NCBI GenBank assembly: GCA_000091205.1
Contig: AP006496.2
Length of the DNA stretch: 64,000 bases
Reading direction: 5' to 3' (one strand)
Source: Cyanidioschyzon merolae
Taxonomy: Eukaryota
Shown here: positions 1 through 12,745 of the stretch, one piece after another
Layout: each line of letters begins with the position of its first letter
Position numbering within the stretch: position 1 is the stretch's first letter
Notes under the pieces: generated by a model
The model's input: the letters and a program-made list of their open reading frames with translations, nothing else
The model's database searches: none
Told to the model about the DNA's origin: nothing
Made by a program: the position numbers and the translations under genes

Positions 1-535
1 CTCCAGGAACGTCCTCGCCTACCGGCACAATGGAGTGTATTCGATTTCGAAAATAAGTGGATGCGCTGGGGTGCACACATCAGAACGTCGAAATGGAGGC
101 GAAAGTTCGAGGACTTCTTGAATTGATGAGTTCCACCACAGGTAACGGACACGTGGAGTGCGTGAACCGAGACTTGCACGCCACGAATTATATGAGGCGA
201 TGTGTTGTGCTGATGACGAGACTTAAAGAGCTGACGCCATCCAGCTTTGTGGAGCAGCCTCTCAGGCAGGAATTGCGCCTGGATGAACTGAAGCCGATAG
301 CAGGTGAGCGATCCAAAAAGGCTGGGTGGTGTCAGCACGAGGGTATCCATTTCATCCACATGACCGTAGAACATTTTGCGTTTGACTTACATACATAGGT
401 TCTATTCTGGAGTGACAGAAAGAGCTTGTGGTTGGCGATAACTCTATCCCAGTTCGTGGCAGACGTTATCTTCGGGCACCCGTGCTTGGTACGCGTCTTG
501 CGACGTTCTAGTTGATCTTGAAAGCGCTGCTTGCA
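1..535 (+). mobile_element. Copy C of the Fanzor/TnpB-like element; 3' portion only, truncated by the window start. It holds the C-terminal RuvC-III region and the conserved 3' tail.
   Basis: ORF 57..398 aligns to the C-termini of copies A and B (VEME...AKVRGLL...VNRDLHATNY versus VNRDFNAAINI; tail FVEQPLRQELRLDEL versus FMGQPLKVELYDTKL). The conserved tail motif ttgatcttgaaagcgctgcttg at 512-533 matches B 28219-28243. Confidence 0.6.
57..398 (+). pseudogene. Degenerate TnpB/Fanzor C-terminal remnant. RuvC-III has decayed to NRDLHATNY, and about 40 aa are deleted relative to copies A and B.
   Basis: Amino-acid alignment to copies A and B across the zinc-finger and RuvC-III region. Confidence 0.55.
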
Positions 536-587
536 CTGAATGGAGTGCGCCCCTGCGGATGCAAACGTGTACCTGTGCATGCATCGA

Positions 588-790
588 CGTTCATACAGTG
601 CACGCATCGCTATGCATACGTTCATACAGTGCACACATCGCTATGCATACGTGTCCGTGCACGCATCGCTATGCATACGTTCATACAGTGCACGCATCGC
701 TATGCATACGTTCATACAGTGCACGCATCGCTATGCATACGTGTCCGTGCACGCATCGCTATGCATACGTGTCCGTGCACGCATCGCTGT
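588..790. repeat. Minisatellite of alternating 31-bp and 28-bp units (gcacgcatcgctatgcatacg + ttcatacagt or tgtccgt), about 7 copies.
   Basis: Direct reading: the unit starts at 600, 631, 659, 690, 721, 749 and 777. Confidence 0.85.
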
Positions 791-1044
791 TCGGCGCCCT
801 GCGTGCTCGCCCGAAATCGTCACTGCGCTGCCTTGGCGCGCACGCGGGGTCCGGAAGCGGCAGTGCGCAGCGCACCGTTTTGGCTCCTCTTCGGGAGCGC
901 GCTCTCGGCTACCAGTGCCGTTCTCTACCAAAAGTCATAGGGAAATAGGTGTGGTTGTTGATTTTGAAGAGGTTACCGAAGCAGTTGCAGTGAAAGAGCA
1001 CGTTGATTGGATATAACTTGTAGCAACGGGAAGCGCGCCTATGC

Positions 1045-4000
1045 ATGCAGTCAAGCGCTAGCGCCGCGGTGTGCGGTTCAGCAACCGTTGGGGATCCCAG
1101 TTCGCGGCGAATCAGTTTCATTCTTACACGAAGAGGATCCCTGGGACTTCAGGAACTCTGTACGGCGTGGGTAGGAACGGCACGCTCTATCCACGGAACG
1201 TGGATCTATCCTGACGGGAGCGGATCGAGCGTCACGGAGCGAGCCTCAGCGGACCGACGGAAAACCGGAGCGGTCAGCGAAAGTGCTGTTCACAGCAACG
1301 ACTGGTTTGAAGAAGCCACCCAGGTCACCCATACAATCGTCACTGAGCTTCTACCCGCGCGCTTTGAGATAGCACACGGCGCTCGCTTATTGTGTGCGAT
1401 AGCGACTGGCCACTGGATCCTGCGGGCATCATACCTGCGGGCATCCGCGAGTGCGGGCTGTTGGCTCGACAATGAGATCGACCATGAATGGGCAGCTTCA
1501 CTAGAGTCGCTGAGCGATGCAGAACGCAGCGTCGCGTCTGCCGCACGATGGTGGCGTGAGTCATTACAGAGCGGTCGGTGCAAACGCCTGTTGCAAGATT
1601 TGCGGGTTTATTTGCTCTGCCCAGCTGTCAACGGAGCATCTAATGAATCGCGGGGGAGGACGTGTGCCTCATGGATGGTCGCTGTTGCTTCCAATGCGCG
1701 CGCCGTTGCTGCCATTGTTCGGGCTACCGGTGCCGAGCTCTGCGGCGTCGGGTCAACCTGCACAGCGTCTGATCACTCGATCGATGTCGTTGTCGAAGTG
1801 TACAGCGAGAATGGGCAAAACAGAATTCCACCAAATACCAGTTGCCTTGAGATGCAACAAGGCCGATGGCTTAGCGCTCTGGATATTGTAGTGGGCCTCA
1901 TTGGCTGCGCTGACGAGCAGCTTCGCTTTGCTCAATTGCGAACGACTCGAAACATCCCAGGTTCGGAGAGTCATCATGCTACAAATAGTTGCAGATTCGG
2001 CTCTTCTGGCGGTGAGAATTCCACGTGCGTATCCGCGCTGGCATGGACGGAGACGGCGACTTCCACGAAGAACGAGGCGGTTCCGTCCAGTGACCCGTCG
2101 CCGTCTGCGGGTCGCCTGCGACAAAGTCCGGGTGAGCGGCAGGAATTGTCGGATGCGCCAGCGCCGGCGACCGTGCTTGCGGCTCAACGCGCTGAATGCC
2201 TCCAGCAGCGACCAAGCGGAGCGTTATCCGGCACGCTATCTCCAGATGGGAGCGTGCTCGAGTCAGCTTGCCATGATGATGATGCACTGGGAGAGGTACG
2301 GCACGGGGTCGGTGCACAGAGGCTCCCTTCAAACTCATTACTTTCGCAAGACGAGACGCATGCTGTCACTCTGAAGCATCCCGACACAACTGGCAACACC
2401 GGAATTTTTACATCATATGGCTCGACGCCCGTTGCTTCCAGCAACAACAGCAGCAGCGGCAGCTCTACCCGATCCGCTCGAATCGTGGCGACAAAATTCG
2501 CCGCGGCTCACGCTCTAGGTGAGTCAGAATCCCGAAGTAGCGGCGAGATTGCGCTGTTGCCTGCAGCAGATTCTGGGACTCTCACGGCACTCGAGGACGA
2601 GGCCCCCCTCGAGCAGCTGTCTGGCATTCGCCGGGACGGGATCACTCGGCAAGACCCAGACAACTCATGCAGCGCGTCGTTCACACGAGTCCTGGGTACG
2701 CTCAGCGAAGACAACCGCTCCTGCGCGCCGCTGAGCGACCACTCTCCGAGCGGGTCTATTGAGAACGCTTGCTGGCCACCGTACCGTCAGACTCCAGATG
2801 ATGCAGCTGCAGACGGGTCGGCAAGTCCCTTTGATGAGTTCGATCTCAAAGGCCTTTGGCAAGCGCGCGAACGAGCCACGGCTGCTTTGCCGGCGCACGG
2901 TACGCGGACGCTGTCGCCACGTAAGCGCCAACGTATTCATCAATCGATAGAAACGCACGACGGCACTTCACGCTGCACCACCAGAAGGGTTTTATTCGGC
3001 TCGATAGCGTCCCCGACGACGCCAGAGGGAGTGGCATCTCATTCAGTCGAAGCGCAGACAGCGGGAGCGTCTTCGCACCGGGCGCTTCCAGAGTCTCGAG
3101 CGCGCGTCGAAACTCGAGTGGAATCGCCCGAACGAATTCCTGTGGACAGCAAAGCGTCTCCGCGATCCTCGCTAGACTGTGATGATGTCTCCACAAGTTC
3201 CAGTCCGATGATGGCAAGTGTCTGCGGCAAGCGCATCAAGCATGAGCCATGTTCATGGCCAGAAACGCGCTCCCCTGGGACCACTCCAAAGACGGATACT
3301 CGCGTAACTGGCGCTTCCACCGCAACGAAATTGGAGACGGGTTCGATTTCCTCACCGGATGCCAAGTTCGGAACGTATGGCTCAACAGCGTGGGATGCGG
3401 TGCAACCGCTGCCCCGAACACACCTGGAGAAGAGAGTCTCGCCAGGGCCGCCACGGCGCCAAGCGCCCGCCCTGAGCCCGAAGTTCCACGTTGCAGCCTC
3501 TGATGCTCCAAGTGTCCTGAATCTTTCCCATTTGCTAGACCTGATCCAGGAATTCGAGAGCGCCGTTCAGCGTGATACGAACGAATGGCGACGTGCAGTT
3601 CTGACGCTTGGGTATTCACGAGCGACAAAAGCTCCGCTGTTTCTCCGGGTGGCGGCGCGGAACTTGCGCCGTCTTCGCTTGTTGATGGAGTCGGGTTGTG
3701 TGCGGGTGCCCATGTCGTACGGCAGACGACTGTGGTATGACAGCGGCGCTACAGACGCGCATCGACTGCAGGCAGCATCGTGGCTCTCGTTTGATGATGC
3801 AGCATGGTGCTTGCGTCGCTCGTCGCTGTTGCCGCCCAGGGATATGGGGCAATTCCGGGAGCGTCTCGTGCAGAGTGCCCGCATCCGGGCTCGCGGGCGC
3901 AGCGAGCTTCACCGCCTTGAACCTGTTCAGGCGATTGTCGGACTCGCTCGCGTTCCGCATCGACAACTATTGCGTCTGGCTCCGGATGCGCAACGACGCG

Positions 4001-7000
4001 TGCACACCCTGCGCCGCGTTGTGAGTCGCCAGTGGACTCGTGAGGCCGTTGCCTCCTGGTCAGAAGCGGCCCTCAAAGCGTGGCGAGATCGCCACGAGAA
4101 CGCAAATGCCTACTACTACCGGCATACCGATCCTGGTGAATTTGAGGGCGAGGAGACGCAGTCGCTCCACACGTGGACGCCTGCGGAACGGCGCCTATTT
4201 TTCGCTGAACTAGATCGCTGGCGTGCCAACCAATGGCGCCTAGGCACCTGCTGGGGCATTTTCAGCAAAGCGATTCCGTCACGATGCGGCTACCAGTGTT
4301 CCAATTTTTACCGGGCATGTATCCGCAGCGGCGAGATCCACGATCCAACGTACGGCTTCAATGCCCGAGGAGAGCTGAAGCGACTTTATCCGGAGCGCGA
4401 GGACCCGAACACGCGCGCTCCGCCTGACGCGCTGAATTGTCTCAGCGAGGTCTGGCAGTGGCCCGAGATCCAGTCCATGGAGCGGCAAGTCGATACGTGG
4501 ATTCGGGAACTGCATCCGAGCCTGGCTCTGAATGCAAATTGGTATCGACAGCAGCGCCCTGCAGGCGAACCGCAACGACGCAACGTGCGCGCTGCCTCTG
4601 GTGGACAGCGACAGGCGCGCAGTATTCGCCGCTCACTGCCAGCGACACACATCGACCTGCTTGGGTCGTACCCCGACGCATACATCACCACAACTGATGC
4701 AGCATACGAAGAAGCGGATGTGCGGCATCGACGCGAACGCAGACTCGCGTATCGTTCCGCCTCCGTCGCCTCGACAGGATGCTGTGTGGTCGCACCTGCA
4801 CCTGATCAGCGACGCCTTGAGTCGCGCACTGGCAGCCGCCAAACTTTGCGTTCTCGATCGCAAGCGGAAACGCCCGAACTGGCCTTTGTTGAGGTCGACG
4901 GAGGCGCGCTGATGGAAGTGATGCAAGCGCCCGCCGCAGACCCAGTGGCTGTACCGCAGCGGCGCCGTCTTCGACGTCTCGCCTCACCAGAATCCGACCT
5001 TGTTGACCAGGATGCATTTGGAGTCGATGACGCGCGCTGTCCTACTGTGGCATCTCCAGAGAGCCATAATGCAACAGCGATGCGGTATCAGCAGCGCCCG
5101 AATCGTATCGTTCTTGAGGCAGAGCATGCTGGCACCTCGCTGGGTGCACCATCAGGCCAGAGAAGCGACCGCTGCAATGCAAACCTCGACAAGGTTGCTA
5201 TTGGTGTCGTTCGCTCCATGCGCTCTATGACTGCCCGCAGGCAGCGACTAGAAAGCATTCTGGAACGGATTCGGGCAGGCAAGGCGTCCACGCGGGGACC
5301 AGCACCTGCGCCGGTGCATTCGCTGTTGCAGGCGTCCATGTCAGATGGCAAAGAAGCGTCCTTGTCGGGCAGCACTTCACCAGTGCATGAAGCTCCCGAC
5401 TGGCGCGTACAGCGCCTGCGTCACCTGGTTGGGGCAGCTGATCAGCCTCAGCGCACCGCGCTACTCCCAGCGTTGGAGGCATCTTCTGGAGCGGTCGGCG
5501 GAACATCGCAGAGGTTACCGGCACCGTTGGCGACAGCAGAGGGGCATTCTGGCCGCAAACGCCGCCAACCACAACGACTACTCATTGCTGGACAGACGGC
5601 GGCGACGACGACGACGACAGGAGCAGCAGCAGCAGCAGCAGCAGCGATGAACGCATCTGGTGCAATAGTGCCGCCGATGGAAACGGAGACCCGCTCTGCA
5701 CAGAGGTCAGCAGTCGCACAGCATTGTTACACGGAACAGATTGTACAAGAGACAGGAAACGACTTGCCGGGTGATGAAGGCGACGCTGCGCATCAGCGTA
5801 CAAGTCGATTCTGGGCGCACCAGCATCAGCAGCGTTCACCCGCGAGCATCGTACCTGCGTTCAGAGCCAGTAAGCAACAGACACGCCTCCCGGAATGGCG
5901 TCCGCAGACGCTTTCGGACCATTTGTTGCGACTTTGTCGATTGCTGGACTTGTCGTCGTCGTCGTCGTCGTCGTTATCGAATGCGTGGTGCGATAATGCG
6001 CTCGGGCTTCCACCAGCCGGGGTGCCGCTCGAACGGGCGACACTCGCGCACCCCGAGTGCTTCGACGCTGGCAGATCACACCCTCTACCGCTGATTGTCG
6101 CGGAACGTTCGACTGTGACGGCAGCAGGGACGCGCTCGCAGGCTACAGATTCGTGGAATGCTGCTGACGCTTTTATTGACGGCTTGGACGGTGTGGATGC
6201 GTCGTCGTCGTTGTTGCAGCAGGACAGCGCGCCGCCAGCAACCGCTACAGACGCAGCTGGACGCAGCCGGTATGCTGGCGATAACCCAGACTCTAGCTTC
6301 TACGCAGCCTGGAGTGGCTACTTGAATCAAATGTTGCAGAGAATCCTTCAACGGCGCTGCGGGGATGCTCCTGCAGATCCGCATGCGGAAACGAATGTGA
6401 GCGGTGCGTGGAACGCGCACGACGAGCATGCTTCTGGAACCGGTGCGTCGCAAGCGTGGAGCTGTTCGCTTTCGACACGCGACACGAGCTGCCAGTTCAC
6501 GCTCTGGCCGATGTTGCAAACGCTGTTGGAACGGCTGGCGAACGACGTGGTGCTCTTGTACACGGACGCGGACCCAGTGCTAGGACAGTGGCTGCGACAA
6601 TCGGGTTCTCGCTTCGCCGATGGTCAAGAGGGAGCGGAGCCCGCTCTCCCGCACCTCATACAGCTGGTGATGCGATTGACGGCGCTGCATGCCGACACGC
6701 AAGTCGTTGTGGCGGCGCATTCGCTGGCGACGTGTGTGCACGAGGCGCTCGACGGCACCAGTGCCTCGTCGTCGGGAATATGTTGCGCGCGAGACGCCCT
6801 GTGGATAGCCGTCGCTGTTGGTCTTGAGCGAGCATCGGCAGCGCATGTTCGTCTCCCGACGTTACCGTTGACGATTCCGCAAACGATACCGGTAACCGCT
6901 GCAAACGCGGCGGAAAGCGTGAATGAGCAAGCAAATGCCCAGCAGCAGCTACGTTCGGCACTACGTCTTTTCTGCTGGCACCTGCTTTGTAGCGAAGCGC

Positions 7001-8588
7001 TTCATTGTGCGCCCGTGTTGCTGACAAGTCCGATGTGCTGGCGCCTTGGAGCATCGGCGCTGGCCGAAAGCCTCCAAGGATGGCGGACACTGCGTCAGGA
7101 ATGCACGTCGTCGTCGTCGTCGTCGTCGTCGTCGGGGTCAGCAACGTTGACGATGCCTGCGTTGGCGGCGCTTCTCGCACGCTGGCATGAGCGGGTGCTT
7201 GCGTGCTGCACCCGACACTGGCGCCAGGTTGTGAATGCGGCATGTACGCATCATACTGGCGGCTTCTCGTTGGACACCTGTGCTCCGCTGCTGGAGCAGG
7301 CGCTTCACCTCGGCGCTGAGGCCGCGACCTGGATCGCTTTTCCGCTAGCAACCACCACGAACGCTGAAACAACACTAGGACATGCTGCTCAGCGTCGGCT
7401 TGGTCGTCATGATTGGCGTCTGCAGGCACAGGCGCTGGACGAATGGGCCACGGAGCTGATGCGACCGTTCAGTCCCGAAAGTGACGCGCTTGGCTGCACG
7501 GTGCTGCGTCCTGCTGCTGCTGCTGCTGCTGCTGCTGCCGCCGCCGCCGATTATGATGGTAATCATAACGACGGTCATGATGATCACGGTACACCCGCAT
7601 CGCTCCAAAATATCTGCAATGTTGACTCGTCAACCGCTGTAGTTGCCCTGGCGGGCGTACCCAATGCATGGCATTCGAATACGCTGGGTGCGCCGTTTTC
7701 GCAGCCGTCCACATCAGTCGACGGATTCTATGTCCAGGGCGCTGCGGCGCTGAGCGCACCTGTCACTCTTGGCGCGTTATTTGGCGTGCTACGCTCTGCT
7801 CTGGAGATGTTGGCCGTCTGGAGAACAAGCTGCTGGCAGCGTTTCATCACCAATGCATCGAGTCCGGTGGCAGCATGCAGCGTGGTGGTGGACGACGCGA
7901 ACGCCACCCATGCTGGAGCGCGCTTGCTAGCCAGCACACTCGAACGACGCTGGCTGCAGTTGCTACGCGCGTCGTTGGCACGTCTCTGGCAGGTCAGCGG
8001 GCCCGCAGACGACACAGCAGGCGATGGTGTCTGCCACTGGATCGACCGTAGCTACGGCCCATATGTGTTCTACCTGTACGGGACAGCGCTGCTGGCGCAG
8101 ATGCTCCCTGATCCAGAACGGCAGGCACTCTACAGACAGGTGCGGCATCGCTGCCCTAACTGGATACTGCCGACGCTCCTGCGTCTACACGGGGCGTTTA
8201 TGATATGGTGCTGCACTCGTGTGCGATTCCTCGAGACGTCGCAGCATGCGGCATCATCTGCAAACGAAACGGCGATGGCGTCTCCAGGCAGTGCAACGCC
8301 GCCGCTGCTGCTGCTGCTGCTGCATGGACTTGTCCATGTGCATGCGACGGAATGGGTGACGCTTTCGCAGCAATTGCTGCGCTGGCTGGAGACGGCTGGT
8401 GCGGCACCAGCCGGATTGCTTCCGTCAGCGGGTATGGCGTATGCATCGGAACGCGCGCCCCTGCCGGCAGTCTTGGCGCAACGCGTCCTTGCGCAGCGGC
8501 TCGAGACCAACCGCGTGATGCTTGGACAGATTCCAGCGCTCGATCATGTGACCGCATGGGTCGAGCGTTGCGTGGCAAGCAGCAGCAA

Positions 8589-8620
<32 letters not shown>

Positions 8621-11559
8621 ACAACACCATCCCGAGTGTCGGCAAATGTGCGATTGGCGCGTCCACTTGGACGTGCTGGGAGACGCTGTGGCAAGCGCTG
8701 CCTTGGTACTGGACATGGCTGACGCGAGTCTTGGAAAACGCTGCGCTTGGGAGCAGCGGATCGACTGCGCCCAGCACGCGGTACGCGATCACGCCTGCAC
8801 TAAGCATGGTCACCAGCGGTGTCGTTGTACGCGTCGCCCGTTTCATTCAAGTGGTACTGGCGAGTGCGCTGCTCGAGCTGACGCCCTGTGCAGAGAGCGC
8901 AGGCGCCCAGTCGGATGATGCGCGGGATCCACCGCGTGACCCAGACGCATGGATATGGGCACCAGAAATGACGGCAACGACAACGGTCGACTGGTGGGCA
9001 GCACACACCCAGCGCGCACTGCTGTTACACGCGATTGGCCCGTCGAGTGAGCGCCTCGCCGCGTTTCTCGAGCTGGTGCTTCCGCAAAACCAGTCTGGTG
9101 CTGCTGGTAACTCGACTGGTCTGCTCTGGTTTGTTCCAGCGTCACTGCAGGAGGCACACGCGCACCTCGTTGCCGATATGGTGCGTCTCTTGCATCAGGT
9201 CGAAGGCGCTGCGACGGTCCATCGTTTCTTGACGCGGCTGACGCCTCTCCTTGGAGGACGCTCTGAATACCTGGAAAGCTGGACGGGCATTCGGGCCTGT
9301 CAACGGCGTTGGTCGATCGGATTTCTCACTCGACTGGTGTTTTTGGCGAAACTGCAAGAGCCGGTACGCATACCTGGCAACGTGCACGCTCCCAGAGGCG
9401 TATCAGCGTCCGAAATCCACTGCTGCGGCAGCGACGAATGCAGCGAGACTGCTGACGCTTACGGAGCGCTGGGCGAGTCGTCGGCAAACGCTCTGTGTAG
9501 CGACCAGGAGGCAGCACTGCGACTGGCGGCCGCGTTGCAGCATCTTCTGACACAGACGCTGCTGCATGGACTGGTAGCCTCGCCGCTGCTTTGGGCCTCG
9601 GAACAGGCCGGCGCTCGTGAACGACCGGCCAGTCGCCTATGGTCGAGCATGGAGCCGCTTGTGCGCGCCCTTTGCCAGAGCGGCGATGTTGAAGACGAGG
9701 ATGCAGGAGCAGCAGCAGCAGCAGCAATGCCGTCGTGGCCGCTCTTTCTGGCGCGGTATGCAGCACGCTTCTGCAACGGGCTGGTGCGGCATCCAGCGAC
9801 AAGCGTAGCAACATCGACAACAATAGCGGCTGCAGCACCGCTGACGCATGTGCGGCACCTCTGGCTACCGTTGCTGGCGCGTTTGCGGCAGCTGGTGCCT
9901 ACAGCTTCGGCTGCGACGGTTAACAGCGAAACAAGCTGGCGCCGGCACCAGGTGTCGACGCTGCTGGCCAAGCTGGTAGACGAGCTGGAGGCGCTGCTGA
10001 CAAGTGCGCTCGCCTGGAATCATATGTGGTTGCAGGGGCGGCGTGCGGCAGTCACGGGTGATGAAACACCTGCTCTGTCGCGAGCTGCTCTGCAACTGTT
10101 CCAGTACCTCGTGGAGTTTGCTGGTATTCTTTTGGTGTTGTGTGCGCGCCTTTTGCGGGTACCAGGGCGCGCTCCGTTCTGGTCGCGAGTGATTCGTCTT
10201 GGTCGTCGAGCGCTGGAGGAGTACGCAAACATCGTTGCTGGTCAACGGCGGCAACTGCTACAGACAGAAACGTCCTATGCGCCTGGTAGGTCGCGTTCCC
10301 TGGAACACTTGCGTTGTGTCTGGATCGCTACGGTATTGCGAGGTCTCGCCCAGATGGATCTAGTGCCTAACGATAGCTACTATGCGAGTTTTCGGCGACA
10401 CTTGATTGCGGCAAGCCTCGCCCAGGATGCCCTGGATGCGCTTGTACTGGGTCTATGGCCTGGTTTGTCACCGACTTTGTTGCAGCAGCCGGTCGGCGAG
10501 AGCACGGCTGCCAGGTCCGAACGACCAGCGGTTGGTGCTTGTGTTCGCGAGTCGGATGCCGCTGCTGAGGCGACTGCGTTGCTCGCCCTGCTCGATTGGT
10601 ACTGTCGACCGGAGACGCTGTTCCCTGCAGGCACTGCTGCTCTGCAGCGACTGGAACGTTTTCAACAGGAGTGGCTAAGCGATCTGTGCAGCCGGTGCCT
10701 AGCCCAGGCGCAGTCCGAGCGTTGTGTGAACCTGTTGCAGCGCTGGCTCCAAGGTCGGCTTTTGACGTGTACCCGTCAGTCGTGCTTGTCGCATCTCAGC
10801 GGTGCTGTGTATTACGCAACGATGGCGAGAACGCTTGCCGTTGCCTGGTGGTCCGGTTGCATGCGCCACGTTGCTGTGCGTCTGAATCACGCAGGTTCAC
10901 CATCGATGACGACGACGACGACGACGACGCCAGAACAGCAACAACAACAACAACAACACAGGGCGGCGTTGCGCCCTGCAGACCGAGTGGCGACGGAAGT
11001 GATCAGCGACCAGTGCTCGGGCCGACGATTTGCACAGCGTTTTCGCAACAGCGTCGACTTGGCTGCTGCTCTAATGGAGTGGCTCGCGGCAAGCACCCGA
11101 GTGGATGCCCCCGCTCAAGCGACATGCGAGGAGACGTTGGCATTGCTGCTGGAAGCGCTAGCTGCACATGTCAGTGCCGGTTCATGTCCACATTGCGGTG
11201 ACGATCCAAGTCCGGCATCGATATCGTCTGACGAGCGCGTGCAGTTGCTACGTCGTCGACTGGCGGAACAGCGAGCACGCTCTGCCTGCGCAGCGGTACA
11301 CGCGGTATGGACGGATCATCTGGAGCGACTCGCTCGCAAGGAAGCGATGGACGCCAAGTTGTTTACCCATCCTAGTTGTTGTCGAAACTGGCTGGTGATA
11401 CAAGTCAATGACGTAGTGGAGAGAGCGGCTTGCTGGCGTCGGCGACCCGGTGATATCTGGCGGACCGCTGGACCTAGCGTCTTCGATGGAATGAAAGACG
11501 CTACGACGACGACGAGGACGCCACCGCCATGGTTGTGCTGGTCTGTACCTGAACGCTAA
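1045..11559 (+). CDS. Giant low-complexity protein of 3,504 aa, rich in Ala/Ser/Leu/Arg, with a SANT/Myb-like domain. No other recognisable catalytic domain.
   Basis: Uninterrupted 10.5-kb ORF starting at a true ATG. SANT signature WTPAERRLFFAELDRW...W...IFSKAIPSRCGYQCSNFY near 4.17-4.35 kb. In-frame homopolymer runs: polyT (aa), polyQ, polyA and polyS. Confidence 0.6.
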
Positions 11560-11910
11560 CCGGATCAGAATGGATGTTGAGAACGGGAACGTTGGCTTCG
11601 ATGCTCATTTCCTGTACTTGACGGAGACTCGCGGGGTTTTTCTCGCTGTCATGGTGGCACAAGGCGACGTGTACAGCGCGTCCAAGGTGATTCTTGTAAA
11701 TAGACTGTGTGTTCTGGGATCAGTCGTGCAACGCTGCGTAGACGCCGGAACGCTAGTCCAGATTCAAGACTAGACTCGTGAAGCAGTAACGCCAAAGACG
11801 CGGGCATTGATCCTGAACTCTGAGTCCGAGCTCTTTCCCGGTTTTGTGTTACCAAAGCGAGAATAGATTAGGAGGAACTGGTGTTTGTTTGAGTAGATGT
11901 ACTGGAATTC

Positions 11911-12490
11911 TCTTCTCGCATGCAATAGATCGTGTTGCTAGATAGTTGCTCCTTATCAAAGAATGCGGGAAACGGATCCAAGTACTGAATAAAGTGTACT
12001 AGTCAAGGTGGACTTGCCAGTAACAGATCCTCTCTAACCCCAACGTGCTGACCTCTTTCTTCTCGCATGCAATAGATCGTGTTGCTAGATAGTTGCTCCT
12101 TATCAAAGAATGCTGGAAACGGATCCAAGTACTGAATAAAGTGTACTAGTCAAGGTGGACTTGCCAGTAACAGATCCTCTCTAACCCCAACGTGCTGACC
12201 TCTTTCTTCTCGCATGCAATAGATCGTGTTGCTAGATAGTTGCTCCTTATCAAAGAATGCTGGAAACGGATCCAAGTACTGAATAAAGTGTACTAGTCAA
12301 GGTGGACTTGCCAGTAACAGATCCTCTCTAACCCCAACGTGCTGACCTCTTTCTTCTCGCATGCAATAGATCGTGTTGCTAGATAGTTGCTCCTTATCAA
12401 AGAATGCTGGAAACGGATCCAAGTACTGAATAAAGTGTACTAGTCAAGGTGGACTTGCCAGTAACAGATCCTCTCTAACCCCAACGTCGA
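11911..12490. repeat. Intergenic satellite with a 146-147-bp unit, 4 tandem copies.
   Basis: The unit tctcgcatgcaatagatcgtgttgctagatagttgctccttatcaaagaatgctggaaacggatccaagtactgaataaagtgtactagtcaaggtggacttgccagtaacagatcctctctaaccccaacgtgctgacctctttctt repeats at 11914, 12061, 12207 and 12353. Confidence 0.9.
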
Positions 12491-12745
12491 CATCGCAATA
12501 GCGCAAAAACGACCCGCCACCGACGTCGGCGCTTCTGTTGGACGCGAACTGAACGTTGACAACGCTTATTGGCCATTTGAGTTTGTTTTCGTGTCGAATA
12601 CCGGAGTGGTAAAGTGTTCAGCCGCTCTTTTGGATCTTAGAAGACTGCTGCTGCTGCTGCTGCTAGTTGAGTTCCACAACGTGCCCAAGGGCGTAGCGTG
12701 GGCGTGTGCAGAAGCACCGAAGAAGGGGTGCTCGTGGCAGAGGGC

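Noticed and set aside
588-790. A regularly spaced short repeat array; checked for CRISPR
   Set aside because: The units abut directly with no unique spacers, there are two alternating unit types, and the genome is eukaryotic. It is a minisatellite. The same reasoning applies to the 146-bp array at 11.9-12.5 kb.
1290-11201. Dozens of 60-240-aa ORFs on both strands inside the giant ORF
   Set aside because: These are stop-poor alternative frames of GC-rich coding DNA, low-complexity with no start context. They are not genes.
12698-12745. Track start codons at 12698, 34112, 45519 and 52771
   Set aside because: These are GTG or TTG alternative starts allowed by the ORF finder. Eukaryotic first ATGs were used instead (12746, 34091, 45534, 52792).
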